This document shows positions 37,479 through 46,456 of a stretch of DNA of 64,000 nt, one piece after another; the stretch's first letter is position 1; the number at the start of each line of letters is the position of its first letter. The notes beneath the pieces are model-generated. The model made no database searches, was not told the DNA's origin, and saw only the letters and a program-made list of their open reading frames with translations. Both the position numbers and the translations under genes were made by a program. The DNA comes from Deltaproteobacteria bacterium (lineage in GTDB: Bacteria > Desulfobacterota > GWC2-55-46), in contig JACRNL010000010.1 in assembly GCA_016234935.1 (NCBI GenBank), forward strand, positions 276,589 through 340,588, in the 5' to 3' direction.

Positions 37479-38237
37479 TCATATCCGCCTCTTCCTCATC
37501 TCCGCCATGGAAGAGTAGTTCGTCATATCGAGGTGCAGCGGGGTTATGGAGATGTAGTTTTCGCTGATGGCGTGGAAGTCGGCCTCTTTGCCGCCCTCCC
37601 ACCTGACCATGTTGCCGCCTATCCAGTAGTACTTCCTGCCGCGCGGGTCTGTCTTTTCGATGACCGTGTCTGAGAAATAACGCTTGCCCTGTTTGGTTAT
37701 CCGGTAGCCCTTGATGTTTTTGACAGACGGGACGTTGACGTTAAGGAGCGTGTCTTTGGGCAGGCCGTGCCTTAGTATATGCCTTGCGATGCGCGCGGAA
37801 AACTGCGCCGCGACGGTAAAATCAAAACCCTCGCGCGCCACGAGGGAGACGGCTATGGACGGGATGTCAAGGAGCGTTCCTTCCATCGCGGCGGATACGG
37901 TGCCGGAATATGAAACGTCCTCGCCGAGGTTTCCGCCTTTGTTTATGCCGGATACGACGATGTCCGGCTTTGCCGGAAGGATTTTATTAACGGCGATGGT
38001 CACGCAGTCCGTCGGCGTGCCGTCTATCGCGTAGGTGTTCTTTCCGACCTCCGCAACGCGCAGCGGCCTGTGCATGGTGAGAGAATGGCTTACCGCGCTC
38101 TGCTCCCTGTCGGGCGCGACGACGTAGACCTCCCCCGCCCTTCTTAAAGCGGAGGCGAGTTTCCTCAGCCCCTCCGAATGTATGCCGTCGTCGTTGCAGA
38201 CGAGGATCAGCTTTCTTGCTTTTTTCAAGACCGGCAT
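37479..38237 (-). CDS. surE: 5'/3'-nucleotidase SurE
   Basis: LILVCNDDGIHSEGL…YVVAPDREQSAVSHSLTMH is the SurE N-terminal motif. Confidence 0.85.
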   Translation of the reverse strand: MPVLKKARKLILVCNDDGIHSEGLRKLASALRRAGEVYVVAPDREQSAVSHSLTMHRPLRVAEVGKNTYAIDGTPTDCVTIAVNKILPAKPDIVVSGINKGGNLGEDVSYSGTVSAAMEGTLLDIPSIAVSLVAREGFDFTVAAQFSARIARHILRHGLPKDTLLNVNVPSVKNIKGYRITKQGKRYFSDTVIEKTDPRGRKYYWIGGNMVRWEGGKEADFHAISENYISITPLHLDMTNYSSMAEMRKRRI

Positions 38238-38262
38238 GATGTTTGCTCCGACATTTTTAAAA

Positions 38263-39324
38263 TTATTCAAAATAAAAGTCCACCGTCACTGTCATTCCGG
38301 GCTTTAAGAAACCGTTACCTTCGGCTATTGCCGCCTTTACGCGAAACGACTTTATGTCCTGTCTGCCTCTGGTGACGTCTTTGAGGGTGGCGAACTCCCC
38401 GACGTTGCCGGCCTCCGTGACAATTGCCTTGAATACCTTACCCGGCAAACCCGGCGCAAGCACCCGGGCCTCGGCGCCGAGCTTTATCCTCGCGGCGTCA
38501 GTCTCCTGGACGTCGGCCCTCACCCAGATATTTTTAAGGTCATACACCGTATAGACAGATGATGCGGCAGGCACGACCTCTCCCTGCTCGAAGGCCTTGT
38601 GCACGACAACGCCGTCAATGGGCGAGGCCGCTTCCATGTCGGAGAGCCGCGTCATCAAGACCTTCACATTGGCCTCGGCCTCGGCCTTTTTAGCGGCGGC
38701 CCAGCCGATGCGCGCATCTGCGGCCTTTATGTTGACGCTGGACACGCGCACAAGGCTGTCCGCGCTCTTCCTGCGCGCCTCGGCTGAGCTTAAAAGCGCT
38801 TTGTTTGAATGTTGCAGCGTCTCGGCGGCGTCAAGGTCGCGCTTTGCCATATAGCCGTCCTTGAAAAGCCCCCTCGCGCGCGCGAGATTTTCCTGCGAAT
38901 CCCTAGTTATGGCCCTGACCCTTGCAACCTCGGATTTAACCGAATCGGCCTCGTATCCGGCGGACTCATGGGCCGCGCGCGCGCTGCCAAGGAGTATCAC
39001 CGCCTCTTTGTATGATTCATCCGAGCTTGCCGCCGCGGCCTTTGCCTCGTCTATCCTCGCCATAAGCTCCCTGCTGTCGAGCCTGAAGGCGGTCTGTCCG
39101 GCCTTGATGCCGTCGCCCTCCTTGCAGCACATCCACACGAGCGTACCGCCGGTCTTTGGCGATATTTCAACCTCCGTGGCCTCGATAACGCCTGTCGTCC
39201 GGATTGAATTTCCGGCCTTTTGCTCCCGCGTAAAAACAAGATACGCGGCTGCGATAATTAAGACAACGACAACGCTTAAAACCGCTATGGATTTAATCCG
39301 TGTTTTCTTTACGTCAGCCATCAT
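38263..39324 (-). CDS. HlyD-family membrane fusion protein
   Basis: N-terminal TM helix, coiled coil and beta-barrel motifs. No cognate ABC or RND pump in the window. Confidence 0.7.
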   Translation of the reverse strand: MMADVKKTRIKSIAVLSVVVVLIIAAAYLVFTREQKAGNSIRTTGVIEATEVEISPKTGGTLVWMCCKEGDGIKAGQTAFRLDSRELMARIDEAKAAAASSDESYKEAVILLGSARAAHESAGYEADSVKSEVARVRAITRDSQENLARARGLFKDGYMAKRDLDAAETLQHSNKALLSSAEARRKSADSLVRVSSVNIKAADARIGWAAAKKAEAEANVKVLMTRLSDMEAASPIDGVVVHKAFEQGEVVPAASSVYTVYDLKNIWVRADVQETDAARIKLGAEARVLAPGLPGKVFKAIVTEAGNVGEFATLKDVTRGRQDIKSFRVKAAIAEGNGFLKPGMTVTVDFYFE

Positions 39325-39445
39325 AGGTGCCCTTAAATGTGCCGCATTTTTTTAAGCATGGCAGAAGGCCGTCAGGCTGCGCGCATAAAAGACTGCCGCC
39401 GCCATTTGGCGGCGGCAGTCCGCGCAGGCCGGTGCGCCGGTCCCG

Positions 39446-41116
39446 TTAAATCCCCGTATACACTCCCCTGACCTTGAAGTTGAAGTCCGCGTTCATGATA
39501 TACGACCAGTCTATGCCGCTTGCGGTGGAACGCGCGTCATCAAGGCCGCCGTACTGGTTGCCGGGCGTGTAGAACCAGTTCACGACGGCGTCTTTGGAAT
39601 GGCGCAGGACTATCCAGTATTTTCCGGGTTTAAGCTCAGGCTGGTCTGACGGGTCGCTGAAGAATTTAAAGTCAAACCACTTGTACCCCGGGACGTAGCT
39701 CACGGTGTCGAGGTTTAAGGGCATACTCCTTATGCCCTGCATTCCCGGCTTGCCGTTTTCGTCGTTTACAACGTCCATCCACAGGCTTCCTATCCTGCCG
39801 CCGAACTTGTGCATGGCAAGGGATATCGTCTCAAGTCTTAATCCCTTATCAACCGTAAACGCCTGCGCATAGGCAGCCGGGCCGGTGACGTATTCAGCCG
39901 TCTCCTTGTCAAAAGTCTTTTGTCCCGTGTCGCCCTTTGCCTTCACGTAAAAATCCATGAGTGACGCGAAATCGAGGTTGCCGAACTCCACAACGCCGCC
40001 GGGTTTAACCTCCGGGGGCTTTTCAGGGGGCCTCGCCATGATAACCGGAGGGGCCGCAGGCGCGAGCCTCGCGGCGGTGATGGAGCTTGTCATCACGTAA
40101 TTGGCCGGGCCTGCTATCGTTTCCTTCAGGATCAGCGCGATCTCTTCTTTCTTATATTCGGCTGAAATGTCCTCCCTGAAGTCCGGCAGCACCGGCGCGG
40201 TGCGCCAGGAATCGTTGATGTCGTTGGAGTCGAGCCCCGCTGTCTGCTTTATGTGGCGGGGGCCTACGAAGAGATGGCTCTGCTGAGCGTCATACGGGAC
40301 CCAGCCTATGTCCTGATACCAGACCTCCATCCACGCGTGGCCGCCCTGTCCGATGCTCTGCAAGAGCGCCCCGTCCTTAAGCGGAACCTTCCAGCTTTTG
40401 CCCAGGGCTATGCCGCCGACGATGCGCGCCGGTATGCCCCTTGCCCGAAGAAGCGCTATGGCAAGATGCGCGTAGTTCTGACAGTTGCCGTGGCCGGTGG
40501 TCAAAGTCCACACGGCGTCATAGTTCGGTATAGGCGTCTTGTATTTGATATTGTCAATGACCCAGTTCAGGACGGCGGTCACAGCCGCGTGCTCGGTGTC
40601 CGCGCCGTTGGTCAATTTGGCGGCAAGGTCTTTGATCCCCGGGTCGTCCGACTGAACAAGCGGCGTCGGCTTTAAATACACGGCCGCGTCCGCCGGGATG
40701 TCTTTGACCGGCAGGGGGAACGGCGCGCTGCTCTTTAAATCTTTAAGGTTTATTAGAAGCTCTGCGTCAAAAGACTCCTTAACGGCAGCGTTGCCCCTGA
40801 GGTTCGTCCATGTGACGATAGTGTAAACGTTGCCGAAGGAGTCCTTTTCCGCGGTTATGGAATCAGGCTTTGGATTATAGTCTATCTTATGGTTTGAAAG
40901 CCTCTGCGTAAGCACGGCGTTACTGAACTCCGCCGGGCTCGTGAAGCGGAAGACGAGCTTTTTAATGCCTTCCGGCGCCGCGCCAAAGACCCTCTCCTGC
41001 GAGACCTCCACCACGCCGTCTATCTTCCCTTCGAGGATCAGCGTCTTTGCCCCGGAGCTTTCCGGCAGTAACACGGCAAGAAAAACCAACGCAAAAACCA
41101 AAATCATCTTCTTCAT
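39446..41116 (-). CDS. secreted transglutaminase-like (Cys-His-Asp) domain protein
   Basis: Signal peptide. …GHGNCQNYAHLAIALLRARGIPARIV…GGHAWMEVW…YDAQ fits the TGase-core triad. Confidence 0.7.
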   Translation of the reverse strand: MKKMILVFALVFLAVLLPESSGAKTLILEGKIDGVVEVSQERVFGAAPEGIKKLVFRFTSPAEFSNAVLTQRLSNHKIDYNPKPDSITAEKDSFGNVYTIVTWTNLRGNAAVKESFDAELLINLKDLKSSAPFPLPVKDIPADAAVYLKPTPLVQSDDPGIKDLAAKLTNGADTEHAAVTAVLNWVIDNIKYKTPIPNYDAVWTLTTGHGNCQNYAHLAIALLRARGIPARIVGGIALGKSWKVPLKDGALLQSIGQGGHAWMEVWYQDIGWVPYDAQQSHLFVGPRHIKQTAGLDSNDINDSWRTAPVLPDFREDISAEYKKEEIALILKETIAGPANYVMTSSITAARLAPAAPPVIMARPPEKPPEVKPGGVVEFGNLDFASLMDFYVKAKGDTGQKTFDKETAEYVTGPAAYAQAFTVDKGLRLETISLAMHKFGGRIGSLWMDVVNDENGKPGMQGIRSMPLNLDTVSYVPGYKWFDFKFFSDPSDQPELKPGKYWIVLRHSKDAVVNWFYTPGNQYGGLDDARSTASGIDWSYIMNADFNFKVRGVYTGI

Positions 41117-41172
41117 GAATGCCTCGCTTTGTTAGATGAATTGGGGCTGAGCCCCTTCAACATGTCTGTTTT

Positions 41173-43314
41173 TCACTTTGTCTTTGCCACGTATACCCCG
41201 TCCCAGTCCTGGGGCGGCGCGGATGCCATGTAGTCGGAACATCTCTGGATGTATAACTTTGACGGGCCGTCGTTCGGATGTCCCTGGAGTATTGCCTCCA
41301 GCGCCTTCCTTGCATCCTCGAACCTGCGCGCCTTATAGACACCGAGCGCGGCGGAAAAATCGTTTACAAGGGCGGCCGCGCCATTATCGTCCTTTTTACC
41401 CGCAAGATTGTAAATGACTATTGGCTTAAGTTTGCCCTTTACGCGAACAAAATCAAGCTCCCTGAAAAGGAAATCGTCCTTGACGTGATTATAGGTGAAT
41501 TCGCTGACGATGATGTGCGTGCCGTAGAGCTTGTTCATCCCCTCAAGGCGGGAGGCGAGGTTGACTGTGTCGCCTATGGCCGTGTAGTCGAAACGAAGCT
41601 CGGCGCCCATGTTCCCAACAACGGCCTCGCCGGTGTTTATGCCGACCCCTATGTCAAGGCTCGGTATGCCCTTTGCCCTCCAGCCTTCGTTCAGCTTATT
41701 GAGGCCTTCTATCATCCTGACAGCCGTAGAGCATGCCTTGCGCGGATGGTTTGCGATAGCGACCGGCGCGTTGAAAACGGCCATTATGGCGTCGCCGATG
41801 TATTTATCGAGCGTGCCTTCTTCGTCAAGGACGATGCTCGTCATTGGGTTCAGATATTCGTTCAAAAGGGCGACAAGCTCAACAGGCGTGAGCCGCTCCG
41901 AAAGCGTCGTAAAGCCGCGTATGTCGGAAAAAAGCACGCTTATCTCCCTCTTCTCTCCGCCGAGCTTCAGGCTGTCCGGGTTCTTGCTTATCTCGGCCAC
42001 GAGCTGGGGCGAGACGTATGTTGAAAATGCCTTTCTTAAAAACCTGCTCTTTTTTTCAACGACGATGGTTCGGAAGGCCTCGGTCGAAATATAGGTCAGA
42101 CAGAGCGACAGGACGGGATAGACCACGCCCGGCCTTATGTTGTATGCGGCAAACAGATGGAAGTCCAAAAAGACAAGCCCCGCGATAAGGCCGCCGAATA
42201 TGAGCAGGCTCAAAAAAGTGGAGCTGACGAAGGCGATGATGGCCGACAACACCACGGCCATGATGACGATCATCGCGAAGTCGAAGATGACGACCCTCGT
42301 GTCGTGAATCAGGAACCTGTTGTCTATGACGTTGCCCGCGACGGTCGCCAGTATCTCTACCCCCGGAAAGAGCGCGTCAACCGGCGTGGGCCTTATGTCG
42401 TAGATGCCCTTTTCCGTGACGCCTACGAATACGAGCTTGTCCTTGAAGGTGTCCGGCGAGACCTTGCCGTTTATGACGTCAACCGCTGAATAGGTCTTGA
42501 ACGAGCCGCCGGGGCCGTAAAAATTAAGCTGAAAGGCCCCCTCTTCGTCGAGCGGAATGGTCTTATCATTTATCTCAAGGCTGTCTATGCCGTATGGCGC
42601 GGTGTAAAGGATGACGTCTCCTTCATAGAACTTTTTTAAAGCGGACACGGGAAGCGTTGGATAGAGATCTCCCTCGTAAAGATAGACGAGGTTTGAGACG
42701 CGGTATGTGCCGTCTTCCTGCGGGATTATGTTGAAAACGCCGAGGCCTGCGGCAGCGGCGCCTATCCGCGGGATGTTCGTCTCGACGCCGCCGAATTCCA
42801 CCACTGGAAGCGTCTGGCCCCCTGCCTGGGCCTCGTCCGCGCCGACAGTGCGGATAAGGCCTATCTTAGACCGCCTTACCTGCCCAAGCTCCGCCTCGCC
42901 GTGCGCCTTGGTGGAGTCGTCGCGGAAAAAAAAGCCCAGCACCACGTTGCCGGCGTCCTTGACGGCCCTTGCAAGGGCCTCGTCAGCCTCTTTGTTCTCA
43001 GGTTCAGAATAGACGATATCAACCGCTACGGCCTTCGCAGACTTCAGATTCTTGAAAATGCCGGCGGTCTTCACCCTCGTCCACGGCCACCTGCCGAGTT
43101 CGTTGACGCTTTTTTCGTCAACGGCGACTATCACGACGTCCTTTGGCGGAGTTACGGGCTTTCTCAGCATGAACATCGTATCAAGCGCCTTCATGTCGAT
43201 TCCGACAAGAAAACGGGGCTTGGACCAATATGCGTAGATGATTACCAGCGAGGACGCCAGGCCCAGCAGGATGAAGACCATCCAATCGGCTGGCTTTAAG
43301 GATTTAAGCCGCAT
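41173..43314 (-). CDS. CHASE2-sensor class III adenylate/guanylate cyclase
   Basis: Periplasmic CHASE2 domain (…GRWPWTR…), multiple TM helices, and a cyclase domain (FSDIRGFTTLSE…GDAIMAVF…). Start at MRLKSL with a GAGGGG RBS. Confidence 0.85.
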   Translation of the reverse strand: MRLKSLKPADWMVFILLGLASSLVIIYAYWSKPRFLVGIDMKALDTMFMLRKPVTPPKDVVIVAVDEKSVNELGRWPWTRVKTAGIFKNLKSAKAVAVDIVYSEPENKEADEALARAVKDAGNVVLGFFFRDDSTKAHGEAELGQVRRSKIGLIRTVGADEAQAGGQTLPVVEFGGVETNIPRIGAAAAGLGVFNIIPQEDGTYRVSNLVYLYEGDLYPTLPVSALKKFYEGDVILYTAPYGIDSLEINDKTIPLDEEGAFQLNFYGPGGSFKTYSAVDVINGKVSPDTFKDKLVFVGVTEKGIYDIRPTPVDALFPGVEILATVAGNVIDNRFLIHDTRVVIFDFAMIVIMAVVLSAIIAFVSSTFLSLLIFGGLIAGLVFLDFHLFAAYNIRPGVVYPVLSLCLTYISTEAFRTIVVEKKSRFLRKAFSTYVSPQLVAEISKNPDSLKLGGEKREISVLFSDIRGFTTLSERLTPVELVALLNEYLNPMTSIVLDEEGTLDKYIGDAIMAVFNAPVAIANHPRKACSTAVRMIEGLNKLNEGWRAKGIPSLDIGVGINTGEAVVGNMGAELRFDYTAIGDTVNLASRLEGMNKLYGTHIIVSEFTYNHVKDDFLFRELDFVRVKGKLKPIVIYNLAGKKDDNGAAALVNDFSAALGVYKARRFEDARKALEAILQGHPNDGPSKLYIQRCSDYMASAPPQDWDGVYVAKTK

Positions 43315-43460
43315 CAAATCCCCTCTAATGTCCGATAGTGTAGTGCGGCGCCCCCGCTTCAGACCTGCGAGGGCAGGCTTTAGCGCCGCCGAACGAGACG
43401 CTGGAGCGTCCAAGGCTGCTTTCCCATGCCGGAGCGTGGGAAAGATAAAAGAAAGGATGA

Positions 43461-44525
43461 CTACATCTCCTTCATGAGGTTTTCGACGGTCTCCTTATGG
43501 CGGCCATTGGGATACTCGTTTAGATACCTCTCGAAGAGCTTCTTTGCGTTTTCCTTGTCGCCGAGTTCCCTGTTAATCATGCCTGCCGAGAAGATGGCGT
43601 TTTCCAGGTACTGCGGCTCAGGATATTTTTCAATGACAATCATGTATTCGGCAAGTGCGCGCTGAGGCTCATTCATGTTCCTTGAAAGGAGCGTGCCTCT
43701 TTCAAGGTAGGCTTCGGCGCGTATCTCCATTTTTTCGGTGAGGTCAACGGAAATCTGAAAGACGTCAAGGGCGTCAGCAAAGCGTTTGCTCTCGGCAAGG
43801 TAGCGGCCGTAGTTGATGTTCCAGCGCGCGAGTATCAGGGGGAGCTGTCCGGCCTTTTCCCACTCGACAGGGGCATCCACGTTCGTCACGGTCTCAAGCT
43901 GCGCCCTGACGTCGGCAAGCGGCGTGCCCGGCTCGACCTTTTCAGGATGTATGGGCGCGGTGCCCCTGGTGTTCTCAGTCATGGTGTTGGGCTTGATGAC
44001 TACAGGCCTGCCGTTGTCGCCGCTGACCTGGACATTGCTCTCCTCGCCGAATATGATATTGGCGTCGCCCTGGTTCATGACGATAAAATCAGTGCCCTTG
44101 ACTCCTGACACGCTCGTGGGGGTCTTCACCTTTATGTCGGTCCTGCCGCTGAACTTGCCCACGGCGGCCCGCAGTTTTCCGGTCGAAACGGAATAGACCG
44201 CGCTGCGTGAGCCTTTTTTGAGGAGGAATTCGGTTATCTCAAGCTCGGTGTCATTCCCAAGGGTAATGTTGGAATTGTCTTTGAACCGGAGGGCCGCCCT
44301 GCCGTCGCTTCCTGTCTTTATGCGGTCGCCGGCGTCAAGCCGGACACCCTTTGCCGCAACGGCCCATTTGGCGGCGTCCCTGGGCTTGAAATAAACCGTC
44401 CCGCTCATGCCGGCAATCGAGCCAATGGATGCCTGCGTGGCGGGCGCAGGCGCAGCCTGCGTGGTTGGCACAGCCCACCCTGCGGCAACGAGGACAGCCG
44501 CCATCAGGAAAACAAGCGCTTTCAT
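43461..44525 (-). CDS. FecR-domain protein with C-terminal TPR-like helices
   Basis: Signal peptide and FecR fold (…GVKGTDFIV…). Start taken at the ATG overlapping the upstream stop (TAATG). Confidence 0.65.
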   Translation of the reverse strand: MKALVFLMAAVLVAAGWAVPTTQAAPAPATQASIGSIAGMSGTVYFKPRDAAKWAVAAKGVRLDAGDRIKTGSDGRAALRFKDNSNITLGNDTELEITEFLLKKGSRSAVYSVSTGKLRAAVGKFSGRTDIKVKTPTSVSGVKGTDFIVMNQGDANIIFGEESNVQVSGDNGRPVVIKPNTMTENTRGTAPIHPEKVEPGTPLADVRAQLETVTNVDAPVEWEKAGQLPLILARWNINYGRYLAESKRFADALDVFQISVDLTEKMEIRAEAYLERGTLLSRNMNEPQRALAEYMIVIEKYPEPQYLENAIFSAGMINRELGDKENAKKLFERYLNEYPNGRHKETVENLMKEM

Positions 44526-45214
44526 TATTTTTTCAGCCGCCATATTATTTCACCTTTACCCAGAATGCCGGTTACGGTAAGTTTCAGAAATTTTGATTCC
44601 TTACCGGGAATACTCTCATCGCCTTGGGCGGAATACTTCGGAAACCTGACCGTATATACCAGGCTCCACGGGTCTACATAAGGGAAGAACTCGCGGATGA
44701 AAGGGTCGCCCTTTTCAACCCTTTTAACGGAAATGGGTATAAGGCGTCTGCCGGTGTCGTCCTCGAGAAAAAGCCTCCATACGGAATCCTTCGAATCAAG
44801 GTCATTCCACCTTTCCTCCGGCGTGTAGACGGACAGGAAGAACTCATTTGAGTCGTCGGCAGCCGCCCTTTCACGTTCTATAAGCGACTTTTTGTAGTCA
44901 TCGTCGATCTGGTAGCTTTTGGCATAGCGTTCAATGTATGCCTTTCTGAAGGAAAAGTCCTTATAGGTGGCGGTGGCGATGAGCCTTGTCTCTATGCCTT
45001 CGTATACCTTTGCGCCCGCAGTCCACGCATTAAGGACTTCGTCGTAACCGGGTCTTTGAGGCTCTTTTGCCGCTTTTAACGGCTTGGCGGCAACCGGCGC
45101 GGCCTCTTTCTTTACCGCTTTTCCGGAGGCGCAGCCGCCCGCGAGAAAAGCGGCGGCGGCAATAACGCAAACCACGGCAATCTTGAAAACTGTTTTGTCT
45201 GAGCTTTTATCCAA
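44525..45214 (-). CDS. hypothetical lipoprotein
   Basis: Lipobox LAGGC. Start codon uncertain (TTG in the ORF track). Confidence 0.4.
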   Translation of the reverse strand: MDKSSDKTVFKIAVVCVIAAAAFLAGGCASGKAVKKEAAPVAAKPLKAAKEPQRPGYDEVLNAWTAGAKVYEGIETRLIATATYKDFSFRKAYIERYAKSYQIDDDYKKSLIERERAAADDSNEFFLSVYTPEERWNDLDSKDSVWRLFLEDDTGRRLIPISVKRVEKGDPFIREFFPYVDPWSLVYTVRFPKYSAQGDESIPGKESKFLKLTVTGILGKGEIIWRLKK

Positions 45215-45269
45215 TGAGGAGAAAACCTCTCGTTACGTTTTATGCGGCAAACGCCGCGTCCGGCACCAC

Positions 45270-45338
45270 CCAGCACCACTTTCCATTGCCAATGCCTGTA
45301 TTATGCAAAAACTCTCGGTGATGGAAAGTGGTGCCTGG
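45270..45338 (+). repeat. hairpin-repeat family 2, copy 4 (CCAGCACCACTTTCCAT…ATGGAAAGTGGTGCCTGG)
   Basis: Arms carry compensatory changes relative to copies 1-3. Lies ~56 nt upstream of the lipoprotein gene start. Confidence 0.55.
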
Positions 45339-45357
45339 TGGCGCCGGGCCTTTAACG

Positions 45358-46257
45358 TCACTCGGCGATACGGAAGCCTACGTTTTTCATGCTCTTATCA
45401 GACTCAAGGGCGTAGCGGTAAGTGGTGCGAGTCCTTATGGCGTCGTCGAGGAACGAGCCGCCGCGCAAGGTGCGCCACAATGCAGTGACAGGGCCAAGAG
45501 GTTGTTTCCTTGGGCTTGTCTTGTAATAATCGAAATCAAAATAGTCTTCAACCCATTCCCATGCATTGCCGCTCATGTCGTAAATACCCAGGCTGTTCGG
45601 CTTTTTCTTTTTGACGTGATGCAGCGCGGAGTCGGAATTTTCCTCAACCCATGCGTAGTCCCCTATCGCGTTTTCATCGTCCGTGCCTGCCCACTTTATC
45701 TTCTTTCCACCTTCCCTCGCGGCATACTCCCACTCGGCCTCGCTTGGGAGCCTGTAATACCTCTTTTGAAGCTTGTTCAACGCTACGATGAACTTCGACA
45801 TAAACAGGAATGACATTTCAACGACAGGCTTGTCCGGATCGTAGGGGGTATTGAACTGGTATCCCATTACCGCGAGCCAGAGCGCCTGCGTAACCTCGGA
45901 ATCGGCAATATAAAAGTCCGACACGCAGACCTCATGAACCGGCAGCTCATCGTCATCGCCCATGCCGGAGAAGTCCCCCATCTCATAACATCCGCCTTTT
46001 ACGTAGACCATACGCAGCTGTTTGTCTATGTCTTTCAGCTGTTTTTCCTTAAAAGCGGCAATCTCGGCAGGGGTAAGTTTTTTCCTGTCTTTTGCCGCTT
46101 CGTCTTTTGCCGGAACTGCTTCGTCTTTTTTCGGAACCACAGCCTCTTTGGCAGCGGGCGCGGCGGTCTGCGCCTCTTTCGCGTCGGCGGCATAAACGCC
46201 TGCGGCAACAAAGGATATTATGAGAAGAACAGTAAGAACTGCGCACGTCCTTTTCAC
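45358..46257 (-). CDS. formylglycine-generating-enzyme (SUMF1/FGE-sulfatase) domain protein, secreted
   Basis: GTG start with an AAGGAGG RBS. …RLPSEAEWEYAARGG…GNAWEWVEDYF… are FGE-domain motifs. Confidence 0.8.
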   Translation of the reverse strand: MKRTCAVLTVLLIISFVAAGVYAADAKEAQTAAPAAKEAVVPKKDEAVPAKDEAAKDRKKLTPAEIAAFKEKQLKDIDKQLRMVYVKGGCYEMGDFSGMGDDDELPVHEVCVSDFYIADSEVTQALWLAVMGYQFNTPYDPDKPVVEMSFLFMSKFIVALNKLQKRYYRLPSEAEWEYAAREGGKKIKWAGTDDENAIGDYAWVEENSDSALHHVKKKKPNSLGIYDMSGNAWEWVEDYFDFDYYKTSPRKQPLGPVTALWRTLRGGSFLDDAIRTRTTYRYALESDKSMKNVGFRIAE

Positions 46258-46287
46258 GGCAAACCTCCTTGATCGTTCTTACAACCT

Positions 46288-46336
46288 CACCCCCACCCTG
46301 CCCTCCCCCGTGGAGGGGGATGAGAAATGGAAGGGG
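46288..46336. repeat. G-rich 50-nt leader motif CACCCTGCCCTCCCCCGTGGAGGGGGATGAGAAATGGAAGGGGTCAT, second copy at 56520-56570
   Basis: Two near-identical copies, each in the 5' leader of a minus-strand gene (the FGE-like gene and yebC). Confidence 0.45.
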
Positions 46337-46456
46337 TCATTTGCCTGTTCCGGACAACTTTTAAACCCGCACCCCCCGCATTCAACGAACCTTAAAAAAA
46401 GCGGGCCGCGCAAGCCGGCAAGCCCCGGTGAGCCGGACTTGGCAATTATACCTTGA

